A stretch of 64,000 bases of DNA from contig CAXXMU010000001.1 in assembly GCA_963667785.2 (NCBI GenBank), positions 512,001 through 576,000 on the forward strand. The letters are read 5' to 3'. Under the pieces are notes generated by a model, which did no database searches, was not told the origin of the DNA, and worked only from the letters and a program-made list of their open reading frames with translations. Origin of the DNA: Alphaproteobacteria bacterium (GTDB lineage Bacteria; Pseudomonadota; Alphaproteobacteria; UBA828). Positions 30,920 through 40,769 of the stretch are shown here, one piece after another; positions within the stretch are counted from its first letter, which is position 1, and each line of letters starts with the position of its first letter. The translations under genes and the position numbers were made by a program.

Positions 30920-31948
30920 TCACCGGCCGACCAGCTTGCGCGGGTCGAAGGCGTCGCGCACCGCCTCGCCGATGAAGATGAGCAGGCTGAGCATCAGCGC
31001 CAGCACCACGAAGCTCACGATGCCGAGCCAGGGCGCCTGCAGGTTCGCCTTGCCCTGGCGCAGCAGCTCGCCGAGCGAGGGCTCGCCCGGCGGCAGGCCG
31101 AAGCCGAGGAAGTCGAGCGAGGTCAGCGACGTGATCGAGCCCACCAGGATGAAGGGCAGGAAGGTGACGGCCGAGACCATCGCGTTGGGCAGCCCGTGGC
31201 GGAAGATGATCGCGATGTTGCCGACGCCGAGCGCACGCGCCGCGCGGATATAATCGAAATTGCGGACCCGCAGGAACTCGGCGCGCACCACGCCCACCAG
31301 CGCCATCCAGCTGAACAGCAGCAGGATCACCAGCAGGACCCAGAAATTGGGCTCGATGATGCTCGACAGGATGATCAGGATGAAGAGCTGCGGCAGCCCC
31401 GACCAGACCTCGATGAAGCGCTGGAAGGCGAGGTCTATCCAGCCGCCGAAGAAGCCCTGCACCGCGGCTGCAGCGATGCCGATGACGGAGGCGGCCACGG
31501 TGAGCACCAGGCCGAACAGCACCGAGAGGCGGAAGCCGTAGATCACCCGCGCCAGCACGTCGCGGCCCTGGTCGTCGGTGCCGAGCCAGTTGTCGGCCGA
31601 TGGCGGCGCCGGCGCCGGCACCGGCAGGTCGTAGTTGATGGTCCGGTAGCTGTAGGGGACGAGCGGCCAGACCATCCATCCCTTTTCCTCGATCAGGTCT
31701 GCGACGAAGGGGTCGCGATAGTCCGCCTCGGTCTCGAAGTCGCCGCCGAACTCGGTCTCCGCGTACTCGAAGAGGATCGGGAAGTAGAGATCGCCGTCGA
31801 AGCGCATGACGATGGGCTTGTCGTTGGCGATCAGCTCCGCGAACAGCGTGAACAGCAGCAGCGCCAGGAAGAGCCAGAACGAGATGTAGCCGCGCCGGTT
31901 GGCGCGGAAGTTGTAGAAGCGGCGCCTCGTGATGGGGGAGAGCGCCAT
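30920..31948 (-). CDS. yejE: Peptide ABC transporter permease
   Basis: FRANRRGYIS, AELIANDKP, LGTDDQGRDVLAR, SLDFLGFGLPPG, GEAVRDAFDPRK. Confidence 0.92.
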   Translation of the reverse strand: MALSPITRRRFYNFRANRRGYISFWLFLALLLFTLFAELIANDKPIVMRFDGDLYFPILFEYAETEFGGDFETEADYRDPFVADLIEEKGWMVWPLVPYSYRTINYDLPVPAPAPPSADNWLGTDDQGRDVLARVIYGFRLSVLFGLVLTVAASVIGIAAAAVQGFFGGWIDLAFQRFIEVWSGLPQLFILIILSSIIEPNFWVLLVILLLFSWMALVGVVRAEFLRVRNFDYIRAARALGVGNIAIIFRHGLPNAMVSAVTFLPFILVGSITSLTSLDFLGFGLPPGEPSLGELLRQGKANLQAPWLGIVSFVVLALMLSLLIFIGEAVRDAFDPRKLVGR

Positions 31949-31951
31949 CGC

Positions 31952-33061
31952 TCAGACCTCGCGCGTCTCGAAGTCGATGCGCGGGTCGATGATGACGTAC
32001 ATGAGGTCGCCGATCAGGTTCACGACGAGGCCGAGCAGCGTGAAGAAGAAGAGCGTGCCGAAGATGATCGGGTAGTCCCGCTTGAGCAGCGATTCGAAGC
32101 CGAGCAGGCCGAGCCCGTCGAGCGAGAAGATGACCTCGATCAGGAGCACGCCGGTGAAGAGGATGCCGATGAAGGCGCCCGGCAGGCCGGCGATGACGAT
32201 CAGCATCGCGTTGCGGAAGACGTGGCCGTAGAGCACCCGCCGTTCCGTCAGCCCCTTGGCGCGCGCGGTGATGACGTAGTGCTGGCCGATCTGGTCGAGG
32301 AAGGAGTTCTTGGTGAGCATCGTGGTGGTGGCGAAGCCGCTCACCGCCATCGCCAGGATGGGCAGCGCCAGATGCCAGAAGTAGTCCTCGATCTTGCCGA
32401 GTAGGGAGAGCTGATCGAAGTCGTTGGAGACCAGCCCGCGCAAGGGGAACCAGTCGATATAGCTGCCGCCGGCGAAGAGGACGATCAGCAGGATCGCGAA
32501 GATGAAGTTGGGGATCGCGTAGCCGACGATGATGACCCCGCTGGTCCAGACGTCGAAGCGCTCGCCGTCGCGCACCGCCTTGGCGATGCCGAGCGGGATC
32601 GAGATCAGATAGGCCAGCAGCGTCGTCCACAGCCCGAGCGAGATCGAGACGGGCAGCTTGTCGACGACCAGATCGACCACGCGGTCGTCGCGGAAGAAGC
32701 TGCTCCCGAAATCGAAGCGCACGTACTGGCCCATCATGTGGAGGAAGCGCTCCAGCGGCGGCTTGTCGAAGCCGTACTCCTTCTCCAGCCGCTCGATCAG
32801 CTCCGGGTCGAGGCCGCGGGCGCCGCGGTACTTGCTCGTGGCGGCCCGCTCGGAGACATCGAACTGGCCGGCGGTGCCGACCTCGCCGGGGCCCGCGCCC
32901 GAGATCCGCGCCGTGGCGCCCACCGCGCTGCCCGTGAGCTCCGCGATCGCCTGCTCCACCGGCCCGCCCGGCGCGATCTGGATGATCGCGAAGTTGATCA
33001 CCATCACCGCGAACAGCGTCGGGATGATCAGCAGCAGGCGACGGACGATGTAGGCGAACAT
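31952..33061 (-). CDS. yejB: Peptide ABC transporter permease
   Basis: APGGPVEQ, YRGARGLDPE, GFDKPPLERF, LTKNSFLD, DPRIDFETR. Confidence 0.93.
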   Translation of the reverse strand: MFAYIVRRLLLIIPTLFAVMVINFAIIQIAPGGPVEQAIAELTGSAVGATARISGAGPGEVGTAGQFDVSERAATSKYRGARGLDPELIERLEKEYGFDKPPLERFLHMMGQYVRFDFGSSFFRDDRVVDLVVDKLPVSISLGLWTTLLAYLISIPLGIAKAVRDGERFDVWTSGVIIVGYAIPNFIFAILLIVLFAGGSYIDWFPLRGLVSNDFDQLSLLGKIEDYFWHLALPILAMAVSGFATTTMLTKNSFLDQIGQHYVITARAKGLTERRVLYGHVFRNAMLIVIAGLPGAFIGILFTGVLLIEVIFSLDGLGLLGFESLLKRDYPIIFGTLFFFTLLGLVVNLIGDLMYVIIDPRIDFETREV

Positions 33062-33170
33062 GGCGCGTGCCGTGCGTGCGGCTCTAGCGCGTGCCCGGGT
33101 CAGGCATCAGCGACGCTGCCCTCGGCCCATCGTCTCGCCGGGTGCCGGGCCGCGCGCGTCCTCCCGCCCG

Positions 33171-35036
33171 TCAGTCCGTGCCATCGCGCCAGGCCCTGAG
33201 CGCCGCGTCCTTCTCCGGATCGACCCACCAGGTGTCGACGACGCCCCGGGCGTAGCGGGGCTTCAGCGCGGGCCGGGCGAACTTGTTCCAGTAAACGAGG
33301 TGGTGCGCCCCCTTGTACCACTGCGGGATCATGTAGTGGCCCCAGAGCAGCACCCGGTCGAGCGCGCGGGCGGCGGCGAGCAGGCCGGGCCGGTCGCGGG
33401 CGCCGACGACAGCCGCGATCAGGGAATCGACCACCGGGTCCTTGATGCCTGCGGTGTTCGGCGAGCCGAGCTGATCGGCGGTGACGCTGCCGAAGAAGGC
33501 GTTGAGCTCGGCGCCGGGCGAGAGGCTGAAGACGAAGCGGTTGGTGGTGATCTCGAAGTCGTGCGACTTCATGCGCTCCTCGTACTGCGCGCCGTCGACG
33601 AGCCGGAGCGTGACCGCGATCCCGAGCCGCTCGAGGCTGCGGGAGAAGGCGGCGTAGATCCGCTCGAAGGTGGGCTCGAAGTAGAGGAACTCGATGGTCA
33701 TCGCCTCGCCGCTCGCTTCCTCGACGAGCGCGCCGTCGCGCGTCACCCAGCCGGCTTCCTGCAGGAGCGCGCGCGCCGCGCGCAGGTTGCGCCGGTTGTT
33801 GCCCGAGCCGTCGGTGGCGGGCGGCACGAAGGGCGCGGTGAAGACCTCCTCCGGCACCGCGCCCCGGTAGGGCTCGAGCAGGGCGAGCTCCGCTGCCGAC
33901 GGGAGCCCGCGGGCCGCGAGCTCCGAGTTCTCGAAGTAGCTCGCCATGCGGTCGTAGAGCCCGTAGAACTGGTTCTTGTTGAGCCATTCGAAGTCGAAGG
34001 CGTAGGCCAGCGCCTGGCGCACGCGGCGGTCGCGGAACTTCGGCAGCCGCGTGTTGACGAAGAAGGCCTGCACGCCCGACGGCGTGTTGTCCTCCAGCAC
34101 GTCCCTGACGAGCCACCCTTCCTCGACCGCGGCGATGTCGTAGCCGGTCGCCCACACCTTCGACGTGAACTCCTCGTGAAAGTCGAACTCGCCCGCCTTG
34201 AGCGCCTCCACCATCACCGTGCGGTCGCGGTAATAGTCGATGAGGATGGTGCCGAAATTGTGGCGGCCCACGTTCACGGGCAGCGCCGCCCCCCAGTAGT
34301 CCGCGACGCGCTCGTACGAGATCGAGCGCCCGGCATCGACCTTGCCGATGCGGTAGGGGCCTGAGCCGAGCGGCGGCTCCATGGTGGTCTCGCCGAAGGC
34401 GCGCTCCCCGAAATACGCCTCCGAGACGATCGGCATGGCGCCCACGATCAGCGGCAGCTTGCGGTTGTCGGGGTCGGCGAACGCGAACGCGACCTCGTGC
34501 GTGCCCGTGGTCTCGACTCCCTCGACGCCGGCGAGCTGGGTGGCGTAGACGGGATCTCCCTCGGTGGTGAGGATCTCGAACGAGAACGCCACGTCGGCGG
34601 CCGTGATCGGCGTGCCGTCGTGCCAGCGCGCCTCCGGCCGCAGGAGGAAGCGCATCCGGCGGCGGTCGGGTGCCGGCATGACGCCGGCGGCGATCAGCCC
34701 ATAGGCGGAATCCGCCTCGTCCGCCGCACCGTCCAACAGGCTCTCGAAGGGCAGGCCCGCGCCGGCTGCGGCGACGCCCTTGAGGGTGAAGGGATTGAGC
34801 GTGCTGAAGGTGCTGACCGTGGCCATGTGGAACAGGCCGCCCTTCGGCGCGTCCGGCGCGACGTAGTCGAAGTGGGCGAAGGCGGGGCCGTATTTCAGGT
34901 CGCCGAAGAGGGAGAGCCCGTGCCGCGCCTCTGCCTCGCTCGCCGCAGCCACGTCGGGAGGGGGCACGAGCGGCGCCAGCGACGATGCGACGGCCAGCGC
35001 GGAGGCCTGTACGAAGCGTCTCCTGCTCACTCTCAT
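33171..35036 (-). CDS. yejA: Peptide ABC transporter substrate-binding protein with Tat signal
   Basis: SRRRFV Tat motif, [41 protein letters not shown]. Confidence 0.9.
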   Translation of the reverse strand: MRVSRRRFVQASALAVASSLAPLVPPPDVAAASEAEARHGLSLFGDLKYGPAFAHFDYVAPDAPKGGLFHMATVSTFSTLNPFTLKGVAAAGAGLPFESLLDGAADEADSAYGLIAAGVMPAPDRRRMRFLLRPEARWHDGTPITAADVAFSFEILTTEGDPVYATQLAGVEGVETTGTHEVAFAFADPDNRKLPLIVGAMPIVSEAYFGERAFGETTMEPPLGSGPYRIGKVDAGRSISYERVADYWGAALPVNVGRHNFGTILIDYYRDRTVMVEALKAGEFDFHEEFTSKVWATGYDIAAVEEGWLVRDVLEDNTPSGVQAFFVNTRLPKFRDRRVRQALAYAFDFEWLNKNQFYGLYDRMASYFENSELAARGLPSAAELALLEPYRGAVPEEVFTAPFVPPATDGSGNNRRNLRAARALLQEAGWVTRDGALVEEASGEAMTIEFLYFEPTFERIYAAFSRSLERLGIAVTLRLVDGAQYEERMKSHDFEITTNRFVFSLSPGAELNAFFGSVTADQLGSPNTAGIKDPVVDSLIAAVVGARDRPGLLAAARALDRVLLWGHYMIPQWYKGAHHLVYWNKFARPALKPRYARGVVDTWWVDPEKDAALRAWRDGTD

Positions 35037-35169
35037 CGGCTCGTCTCCTCCCGTCCCCGTGCCACGCCGTGCGGGCATAGCACGAGTCGCGGATTCGGGT
35101 ATCGGCCATTTCCTCGATCGCCTCGCCCGCCGGCTGGACTCGCCGCGCCGGCGCGTCATACTCCGGCCC

Positions 35170-35736
35170 ATGGGGCGCTATCCGAACAGCGGCGGCCCGA
35201 TCGTTCGCAAGGTGCCCGAGGGCGACGACCGGCCCCGCTTGGTCTGCGATGCGTGCGGCTTCATCCGCTACGAGAACCCGAAGATCGTCGTCGGCTCCGT
35301 CGCGACCTGGGAGGGGCGCATCCTCCTCTGCCGCCGGGCGATCGAGCCCCAGGCCGGGTTCTGGACCCTGCCGGCCGGCTTCCTGGAGCTGCACGAGGAT
35401 CCCGAGCACGGCGCCCGCCGGGAGGCGGAGGAGGAGGCCGGCGCGGACATCGTCATCGACGCCCTGCTCGCAGTCTACACCATCCCCCGCATCAGCCTGG
35501 TGCAGCTCTTCTACCGGGCCCAGCTCGCGCGGCCCGAGATCGCGCCGGGGATCGAGAGCCTCGAGGTCGGGCTGTTCGAGCACGGGACGATCCCGTGGGA
35601 CAACCTCGCCTTCCCCTCCGTGACCTGGGCGCTCCGCCACCACGCCGAGGCGCCGCACGGCTGCGCCTTCGCGCCCTTCACCAATCCCGCCGGCGACATC
35701 GGCAACTACCGGCCGGGCATCCCCGCCCGTCGCTGA
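35170..35736 (+). CDS. NUDIX hydrolase with N-terminal zinc-ribbon-like region
   Basis: [51 protein letters not shown]. Confidence 0.92.
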   Translation: MGRYPNSGGPIVRKVPEGDDRPRLVCDACGFIRYENPKIVVGSVATWEGRILLCRRAIEPQAGFWTLPAGFLELHEDPEHGARREAEEEAGADIVIDALLAVYTIPRISLVQLFYRAQLARPEIAPGIESLEVGLFEHGTIPWDNLAFPSVTWALRHHAEAPHGCAFAPFTNPAGDIGNYRPGIPARR

Positions 35737-35940
35737 GTCCCGGGCGCTCGGCCCGTCGACGGCCGCGCTCGCGACCCTGCGGGCACGACCGACTCAGGCG
35801 CGCGCTCCCAGCCGGGCGCCCGGACCATGGTGCGGTGCACGCCGCGCGGCGCCCGCGTCATGCTCGCGCCATGGGATGGAAGAACCAGCGGCGGCAGACG
35901 GGGAGAGCGGGAACGACGCCCGGCGCCACCTCGCGGTCGC

Positions 35941-36170
35941 GGGATTCATCCCGGAAACCCGCCCGGATATCCCAGCGGAATCCCACCTCCTTCGGAAAAC
36001 GTCCCGCGCGGAATCCCTTGCTATCCCGCAGAATCCCGGCAAAGGGGGGGCACCGCCGAATCCCACTTTCGCCCCGCGTCCGGGTCCGCTGCGCGCACAT
36101 CGGCGCCGAACCGCCGTTCGACCCCCCGCCGTGCCGCTTCGTGCCGGGTTGTCCCGGCACATCCCGCATA
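35941..36170. repeat. Helically phased array of short (A/G)TCCC and GTGCCG motifs
   Basis: Motifs start at 35948, 35969, 35980, 36001, 36013, 36023, 36033, 36060, then 36131, 36141, 36151, 36161. Confidence 0.6.
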
Positions 36171-36243
36171 AAAACGAGGGGGGTGTGTCACTTTGCGTCC
36201 CCGCCGCCCGGCCGCGGGTCGCGCCGGCGGCGAGAGCCGCTGC

Positions 36244-37185
36244 CTAGTCGTCGAGCCCCATGAGCGCGGCGGCGAAGGCGCGGGCCTCGAAGGGGCGGAG
36301 GTCGTCGACCCCCTCGCCGATGCCGAGCGCCACCACGGGCACGCCGAAGCGCCGCGCCAGCGCCACCAGCACGCCGCCCTTCGCGGTGCCGTCGAGCTTG
36401 GTCATCACCAGGCCGTCGACGTCGACGGCCTCGCGAAAGACGTCGACCTGGTTCAGCGCGTTCTGGCCCGTGGTCGCGTCGAGAACGAGCAGGCGGCTGT
36501 GCGGCGCGCGCGGGTCGAGCTTCTTGAGCACGCGGTCGATCTTCTGCAGCTCGGCCATCAGGTGCGCCTTGTTCTGCAGCCGGCCGGCGGTGTCGATCAT
36601 GAGCACGTCGATCCCCTCGGCCTTGGCGCGCTCCAGCGCGTCGAAGGCGAGGCCGGCAGGGTCGCCGCCGTCCGAGCGCGCCATCACCGGCGCGCCCGCG
36701 CGCTCGCCCCAGATCGTGAGCTGCTCCACGGCGGCGGCGCGGAAGGTATCGCCCGCCACCAGCATCACGCGCCGGCCTTCCCCGGCGAAGCGCTGGGCGA
36801 GCTTGCCGATGGTGGTGGTCTTGCCGGTGCCGTTGACCCCGGCGATTAGGATCACGTGCGGCCTGGCGTCCTCGTCGATCGCGAGCGCGCCTTCCACCGG
36901 AGCCAGCAGGTCGGCGATCTGGCCGGCGAGCGCGCGCCGCACCTCGATGGCGCTCACCTCCTTGCCAAAGCGCTGGGCGGCAAGGGCGGCCGTCAGCTCG
37001 GCCGCGGTCGCCGCCCCCAGATCGCCGGCGATGAGCAGCTCCTCTAGCTCCTCGAGCGCCGCGTCGTCGAGCCGGCCGCCGGCGAAGATGGCGCCGATGC
37101 CGCCGGTGAGGCTGGCCGATGTCCGCCTCAGGCCCGCCGCGAGCCGCGTCAGCAGGCCGCGCCGGCCGCCGCCGTCCGTCGCCAT
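36244..37185 (-). CDS. ftsY: Signal recognition particle receptor
   Basis: GVNGTGKTTTIGK, GDTFRAAA, DTAGRLQN, DATTGQN, TKLDGTAKGG. Confidence 0.96.
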   Translation of the reverse strand: MATDGGGRRGLLTRLAAGLRRTSASLTGGIGAIFAGGRLDDAALEELEELLIAGDLGAATAAELTAALAAQRFGKEVSAIEVRRALAGQIADLLAPVEGALAIDEDARPHVILIAGVNGTGKTTTIGKLAQRFAGEGRRVMLVAGDTFRAAAVEQLTIWGERAGAPVMARSDGGDPAGLAFDALERAKAEGIDVLMIDTAGRLQNKAHLMAELQKIDRVLKKLDPRAPHSRLLVLDATTGQNALNQVDVFREAVDVDGLVMTKLDGTAKGGVLVALARRFGVPVVALGIGEGVDDLRPFEARAFAAALMGLDD

Positions 37186-38432
37186 CAGGCGGCGGTCCCG
37201 ATCAGGCGCTCGTCTGCCGTGCCCGTGATCCGGGCGCGCACGAGGGTGCCGGGCCCGCCTGCCGGGCGCTCGAACGCGACCTCGGCGAAGCATTCGTCGC
37301 GGCCCCGGTCCGCCTTCTCCAGCAGCACGTGGGCGTCGCGGCCGACGCGCGCCTCGAGGAAGCGCCGGCGCGGGCCTCCGCCGGCCGCCCGGAGCGCCGC
37401 CGCGCGGGCGCGGCGCTCGGGCCCCGGCACCTGGGGCATGCGCGCTGCCGGCGTGCCCGGCCGGGGCGAGTAGGGGAAGACGTGGAGCCAGACGAGGTCG
37501 GCCTCCTCGACCAGGCGGCGGGTGTTCTCGAACATCGCCGCCGTCTCGGTGGGGAAGCCCGCGATCAGGTCGGCGCCGAAGGCGATCTCCGGCCTCAGCC
37601 CGCGCAGCCTGCGACAGAGCGCCAGCACGTCGGCGCGCGTGTGCCGGCGCTTCATCCGCTTGAGCACCATGTCGTCGCCGGCCTGGAGGCTGAGATGCAG
37701 GTGCGGCATCAGCCGCGCCTCCTCGGCGAAGAGCTGCTCCAGCACCGGGTCGATCTCGACCGGGTCGATGGAAGAGAGCCTGAGGCGCGGCAGCTCCGGC
37801 ACCGCCCGGAGCAGGCGGCGCACGGCCTCGCCGAGGCAGGGCTTGCCCGGCAGATCGGCGCCGTAGTGGCCGAGATCGACGCCGCTCAGCACCACCTCCC
37901 GGTGGCCGGCGGCGACGAGCGCCCGCACCTCCGCCGCGATGGCGCCGAGCGGCACGCTCCGGCTCGGGCCGCGGGCGAAGGGAATGATGCAGAAGGTGCA
38001 GCGATGATCGCAGCCGTTCTGCACCTGGACGAAGGCGCGCGCGCGCCCTTCGTAGCCCGCGATCAGATGGCCCGCGGTCTCCCGCACCGCCATGATGTCG
38101 CCGACCGCGATGTCCGTCTCCGCATCCGGCGCGAGGCCCTCCAGGGTGAGCTTCTCGCGGTTGCCGACGACCCGGTCGACCTCGGGCATGGCGGCGAAGC
38201 CTGCGGGATCGAGCTGGGCGGCGCAGCCGGTGGCGATGATCGTCGCCTGCGGATTGCGCCGCCTCGCGCGGCGGATCGCCTGGCGCGCCTGGCGCTCGGC
38301 CTCGCCGGTGACCGCGCAGGTGTTGACGATGACCCCCTCGGTCAGGCCCGCGGCGCGGGCGCGGGCGCGCACCACCTCGGACTCGTAGGCGTTGAGCCGG
38401 CATCCGAAGGTGATGACCTCGAGCCCGCTCAT
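37185..38432 (-). CDS. mtaB: tRNA t6A37 methylthiotransferase (radical SAM)
   Basis: TFGCRLNAYESE, NTCAVT, QNGCDHRCTFC, HVFPYSPRPGT; dapF-mtaB-ftsY synteny. Confidence 0.93.
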   Translation of the reverse strand: MSGLEVITFGCRLNAYESEVVRARARAAGLTEGVIVNTCAVTGEAERQARQAIRRARRRNPQATIIATGCAAQLDPAGFAAMPEVDRVVGNREKLTLEGLAPDAETDIAVGDIMAVRETAGHLIAGYEGRARAFVQVQNGCDHRCTFCIIPFARGPSRSVPLGAIAAEVRALVAAGHREVVLSGVDLGHYGADLPGKPCLGEAVRRLLRAVPELPRLRLSSIDPVEIDPVLEQLFAEEARLMPHLHLSLQAGDDMVLKRMKRRHTRADVLALCRRLRGLRPEIAFGADLIAGFPTETAAMFENTRRLVEEADLVWLHVFPYSPRPGTPAARMPQVPGPERRARAAALRAAGGGPRRRFLEARVGRDAHVLLEKADRGRDECFAEVAFERPAGGPGTLVRARITGTADERLIGTAA

Positions 38433-39250
38433 CCCGGCAGCACGCCCGTGAAGCTCCGCGCGCAGGCGCCGGTCATCTCGACATGGCCGTCGTCGCGCCA
38501 GCGGATGCCCAGCTCGCCGCCGTCGAGGACCGTCGTCACGTCCCGCCCCGTCAGGCCGCGCCTCGCGCCCGCGACCGCCGCGGCGCAGGCGCCGGTGCCG
38601 CAGGCCCGCGTGAGCCCGGCGCCGCGCTCCCAGACCCTGAGCCGCAGGCGGTTGTCGGCGATCCGCTGGGCGACGCCGATATTCGCGTGCTCGGGGAAGA
38701 GCGGATCGGTCTCGAGCGCCGGGCCGAGCGTCTCCAGCGGTATGGCTTCGGCGTCGTCCACGAAGAACACCGCGTGCGGGTTGCCGATGTTGACCGCGAC
38801 CGCGTCGCTGAGCGGGCCCGCGCCGATGGCCACGTGCAGCGTGTCGCAGGCGCGGGCCAGCGGGATCTCGCGCCAGTCGAGCCGCGCCGGCCCCATGTCG
38901 ACGCTCACCCGGCCGCCGCCGGCCTCGCGGGCGGTGAGCGCCCCGGCGGCGGTCTGGAGCGCCACGGCGTCCCGGCCGCTCTCGTCGAGCAGCAGCCGGG
39001 CTGCGCAGCGGGTGCCGTTGCCGCAGGCGCCGACCTCGCCGCCGTCCCGGTTCCAGAACCGGAGGAAGGCGTCCGTGCCGTCGTCCTGCGGCGGCTCCAG
39101 CGCGATCACCTGGTCGCAGCCGACGCCGGTGTGCCGGTCGGCGACCGCGCGCACGCGGGCCGGGTCGAGCGCCAGCGGCGCGCGCCGCGCGTCGAACAGG
39201 ACGAAGTCGTTGCCGAGTCCGTGCATCTTGATGAAGGCGAGTTCAGCCAT
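38429..39250 (-). CDS. dapF: Diaminopimelate epimerase
   Basis: KMHGLGNDF, GVGCDQ, ACGNGTRC, GNPH, ERGAGLTRACGTGA. Confidence 0.97.
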   Translation of the reverse strand: MAELAFIKMHGLGNDFVLFDARRAPLALDPARVRAVADRHTGVGCDQVIALEPPQDDGTDAFLRFWNRDGGEVGACGNGTRCAARLLLDESGRDAVALQTAAGALTAREAGGGRVSVDMGPARLDWREIPLARACDTLHVAIGAGPLSDAVAVNIGNPHAVFFVDDAEAIPLETLGPALETDPLFPEHANIGVAQRIADNRLRLRVWERGAGLTRACGTGACAAAVAGARRGLTGRDVTTVLDGGELGIRWRDDGHVEMTGACARSFTGVLPG

Positions 39251-39297
39251 GGGCGGGGTTATAGCCCGCATGTCTCACCACGGTCACGGCCTGCGTC

Positions 39298-39351
39298 GCG
39301 CGGAACGCGCGCGGGGCGCGCGATGCGCGGAACGCGCGCGGGGCGCGCGAT
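39298..39351. repeat. Perfect 27-bp tandem duplication
   Basis: GCGCGGAACGCGCGCGGGGCGCGCGAT occurs twice in the dapF/LLM divergent intergenic region. Confidence 0.9.
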
Positions 39352-39465
39352 CCACCCAGGCGCGCGCCCGCTTCCGGCCACCGTTCCGACCAAACGTTTG
39401 TTTTCCGACCGCCGCCCGGTTAGGATCGCCGCGTTGAGGCGCGGCCGCCGACGGGGAGAACAACA

Positions 39466-40566
39466 ATGGGCGACATCAAGTTCGGAACGGTCATCTCGGC
39501 GGTCGGCGAGCCGGGCGCCTCCGACGCGGACCAGTACGTCGAGGCCCTGGTCGACGCGGATCGCGTCGCCGCGCTGGGCTATGACGCGTTCTGGGTGATC
39601 GAGCACCACTTCTCCGACTACTTCCCGACGCCGAGCCCGCTGCTGATGCTGGCGCATCTCGCCGGCCGCCACCCCGACATCGACCTCGGCACCTGCGTCG
39701 TGGTCCTGCCCTGGTACAGCCCGCTCAGGCTCGCCGGCGAGATCGCGATGCTGAGCCAGCTCAGCCGGGGCACGCTTCACATCGGCTTCGGGCGGGGCCT
39801 CGCGCGGCTGGAGTACGACGCCTTCGGCATCTCCATGACGGAGACCCGTGCGCGCTTCCGCGAGTGCCGCGAGGTCATCGGCAAGGCGCTCGTCGGCGGC
39901 ACCTTCACCCATGCCGGCGAGTTCTTCGATATCGAGCGGCCGATCGAGCTTCGGCCGAAGTCCGCGCAGGAGAGGATCAACCTCTACGGCGCGACCAGCA
40001 GCCCCGAGAGCGCCGGCATCATGGCCGAGCTCGGCCTGCCCATGATCCGCGTCTCGAACTTCCCGATGCACTTCCACAGCAACGATTTTGCGCGCTGGGA
40101 CGAGGAGACCGCGCGGCAAGGCGGCGCCACCGACGTCACCCGGCCGATCCTGATCCACGCGGTGCTGGCGGACACCGACGAGGAGGCGGACGCGCTCGCC
40201 AAGGAGCATCTCTCGCGCTACTTCGTGAAGGTGGTCGAGCACTACGAGGCGGACGCCGACCCCTGGAAGGAGCTGGAGGAATTCAAGGCCTTCAGCAAGT
40301 TCATGGCCACGTCGAAGAAGCTGACCAATCCGGACAATCTGGGGCCGTGGCTCGATCTCCAGCTCGTCGGCAGCGCGGACACCGTGAGCGAAAAGCTGCA
40401 GGCCTATGTCGACCTGGGCTTCGACCACTTCATCCTGCAGAACGCGACCTACGGCATGCCGCGCGCCTACCGCCACGAGATGTGGGAGAGGTTCGCCCGC
40501 GACGTGGCCCCCCGCTTCGCCACCCGCGCCGCGCCCCCGCGCCAAGCGAGCGCCGCGGCGGGCTAG
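39466..40566 (+). CDS. LLM-class (luciferase-like) flavin-dependent oxidoreductase
   Basis: GYDAFWVIEHHF, PLRLAGEIAML, GFGRG, LVGSADTVSEKL. Confidence 0.92.
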   Translation: MGDIKFGTVISAVGEPGASDADQYVEALVDADRVAALGYDAFWVIEHHFSDYFPTPSPLLMLAHLAGRHPDIDLGTCVVVLPWYSPLRLAGEIAMLSQLSRGTLHIGFGRGLARLEYDAFGISMTETRARFRECREVIGKALVGGTFTHAGEFFDIERPIELRPKSAQERINLYGATSSPESAGIMAELGLPMIRVSNFPMHFHSNDFARWDEETARQGGATDVTRPILIHAVLADTDEEADALAKEHLSRYFVKVVEHYEADADPWKELEEFKAFSKFMATSKKLTNPDNLGPWLDLQLVGSADTVSEKLQAYVDLGFDHFILQNATYGMPRAYRHEMWERFARDVAPRFATRAAPPRQASAAAG

Positions 40567-40646
40567 AGCATATTCTGACCGGACGGGGTCCCGTCCGGTT
40601 GTCGCCCGCTCCCCCGTTCGCATGCGGTGCGGCTGAAGACTCCCCC

Positions 40647-40725
40647 TGAAGTGGGCCCCTTGGGTCGGGCATAGTCAGGCGGCAGATTTGACCGGGGGGC
40701 GGGTCTGTTCCTCCCCGAAACGGGT
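40647..40725 (-). mobile_element. Remnant of an IS3-family right end
   Basis: Minus strand reads ...EEQTRPPVKSAA* followed by ...CCCAAGGGGCCCACTTCA, resembling an IS3 OrfB C-terminus plus a terminal repeat ending in CA (recognised from memory). Confidence 0.45.
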
Positions 40726-40769
40726 CGACTCTGGCGGCTCGGCCGATGACGTCACCGCGAGCTCTTGGG

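Noticed and set aside
35794-36247. Short ORFs on both strands in the NUDIX-ftsY gap
   Set aside because: Mutually overlapping, no recognisable motif, and codon usage unlike neighbouring genes
36244-38403. 719-aa ORF suggesting an extended or fused FtsY (similarly the 684-aa ORF over mmsB)
   Set aside because: The extension is an off-frame read of the upstream gene; the real starts are at 37185 and 61687
39466-40566. Bacterial luciferase (luxA)
   Set aside because: No luxB/C/D/E nearby; it is a generic LLM-class monooxygenase
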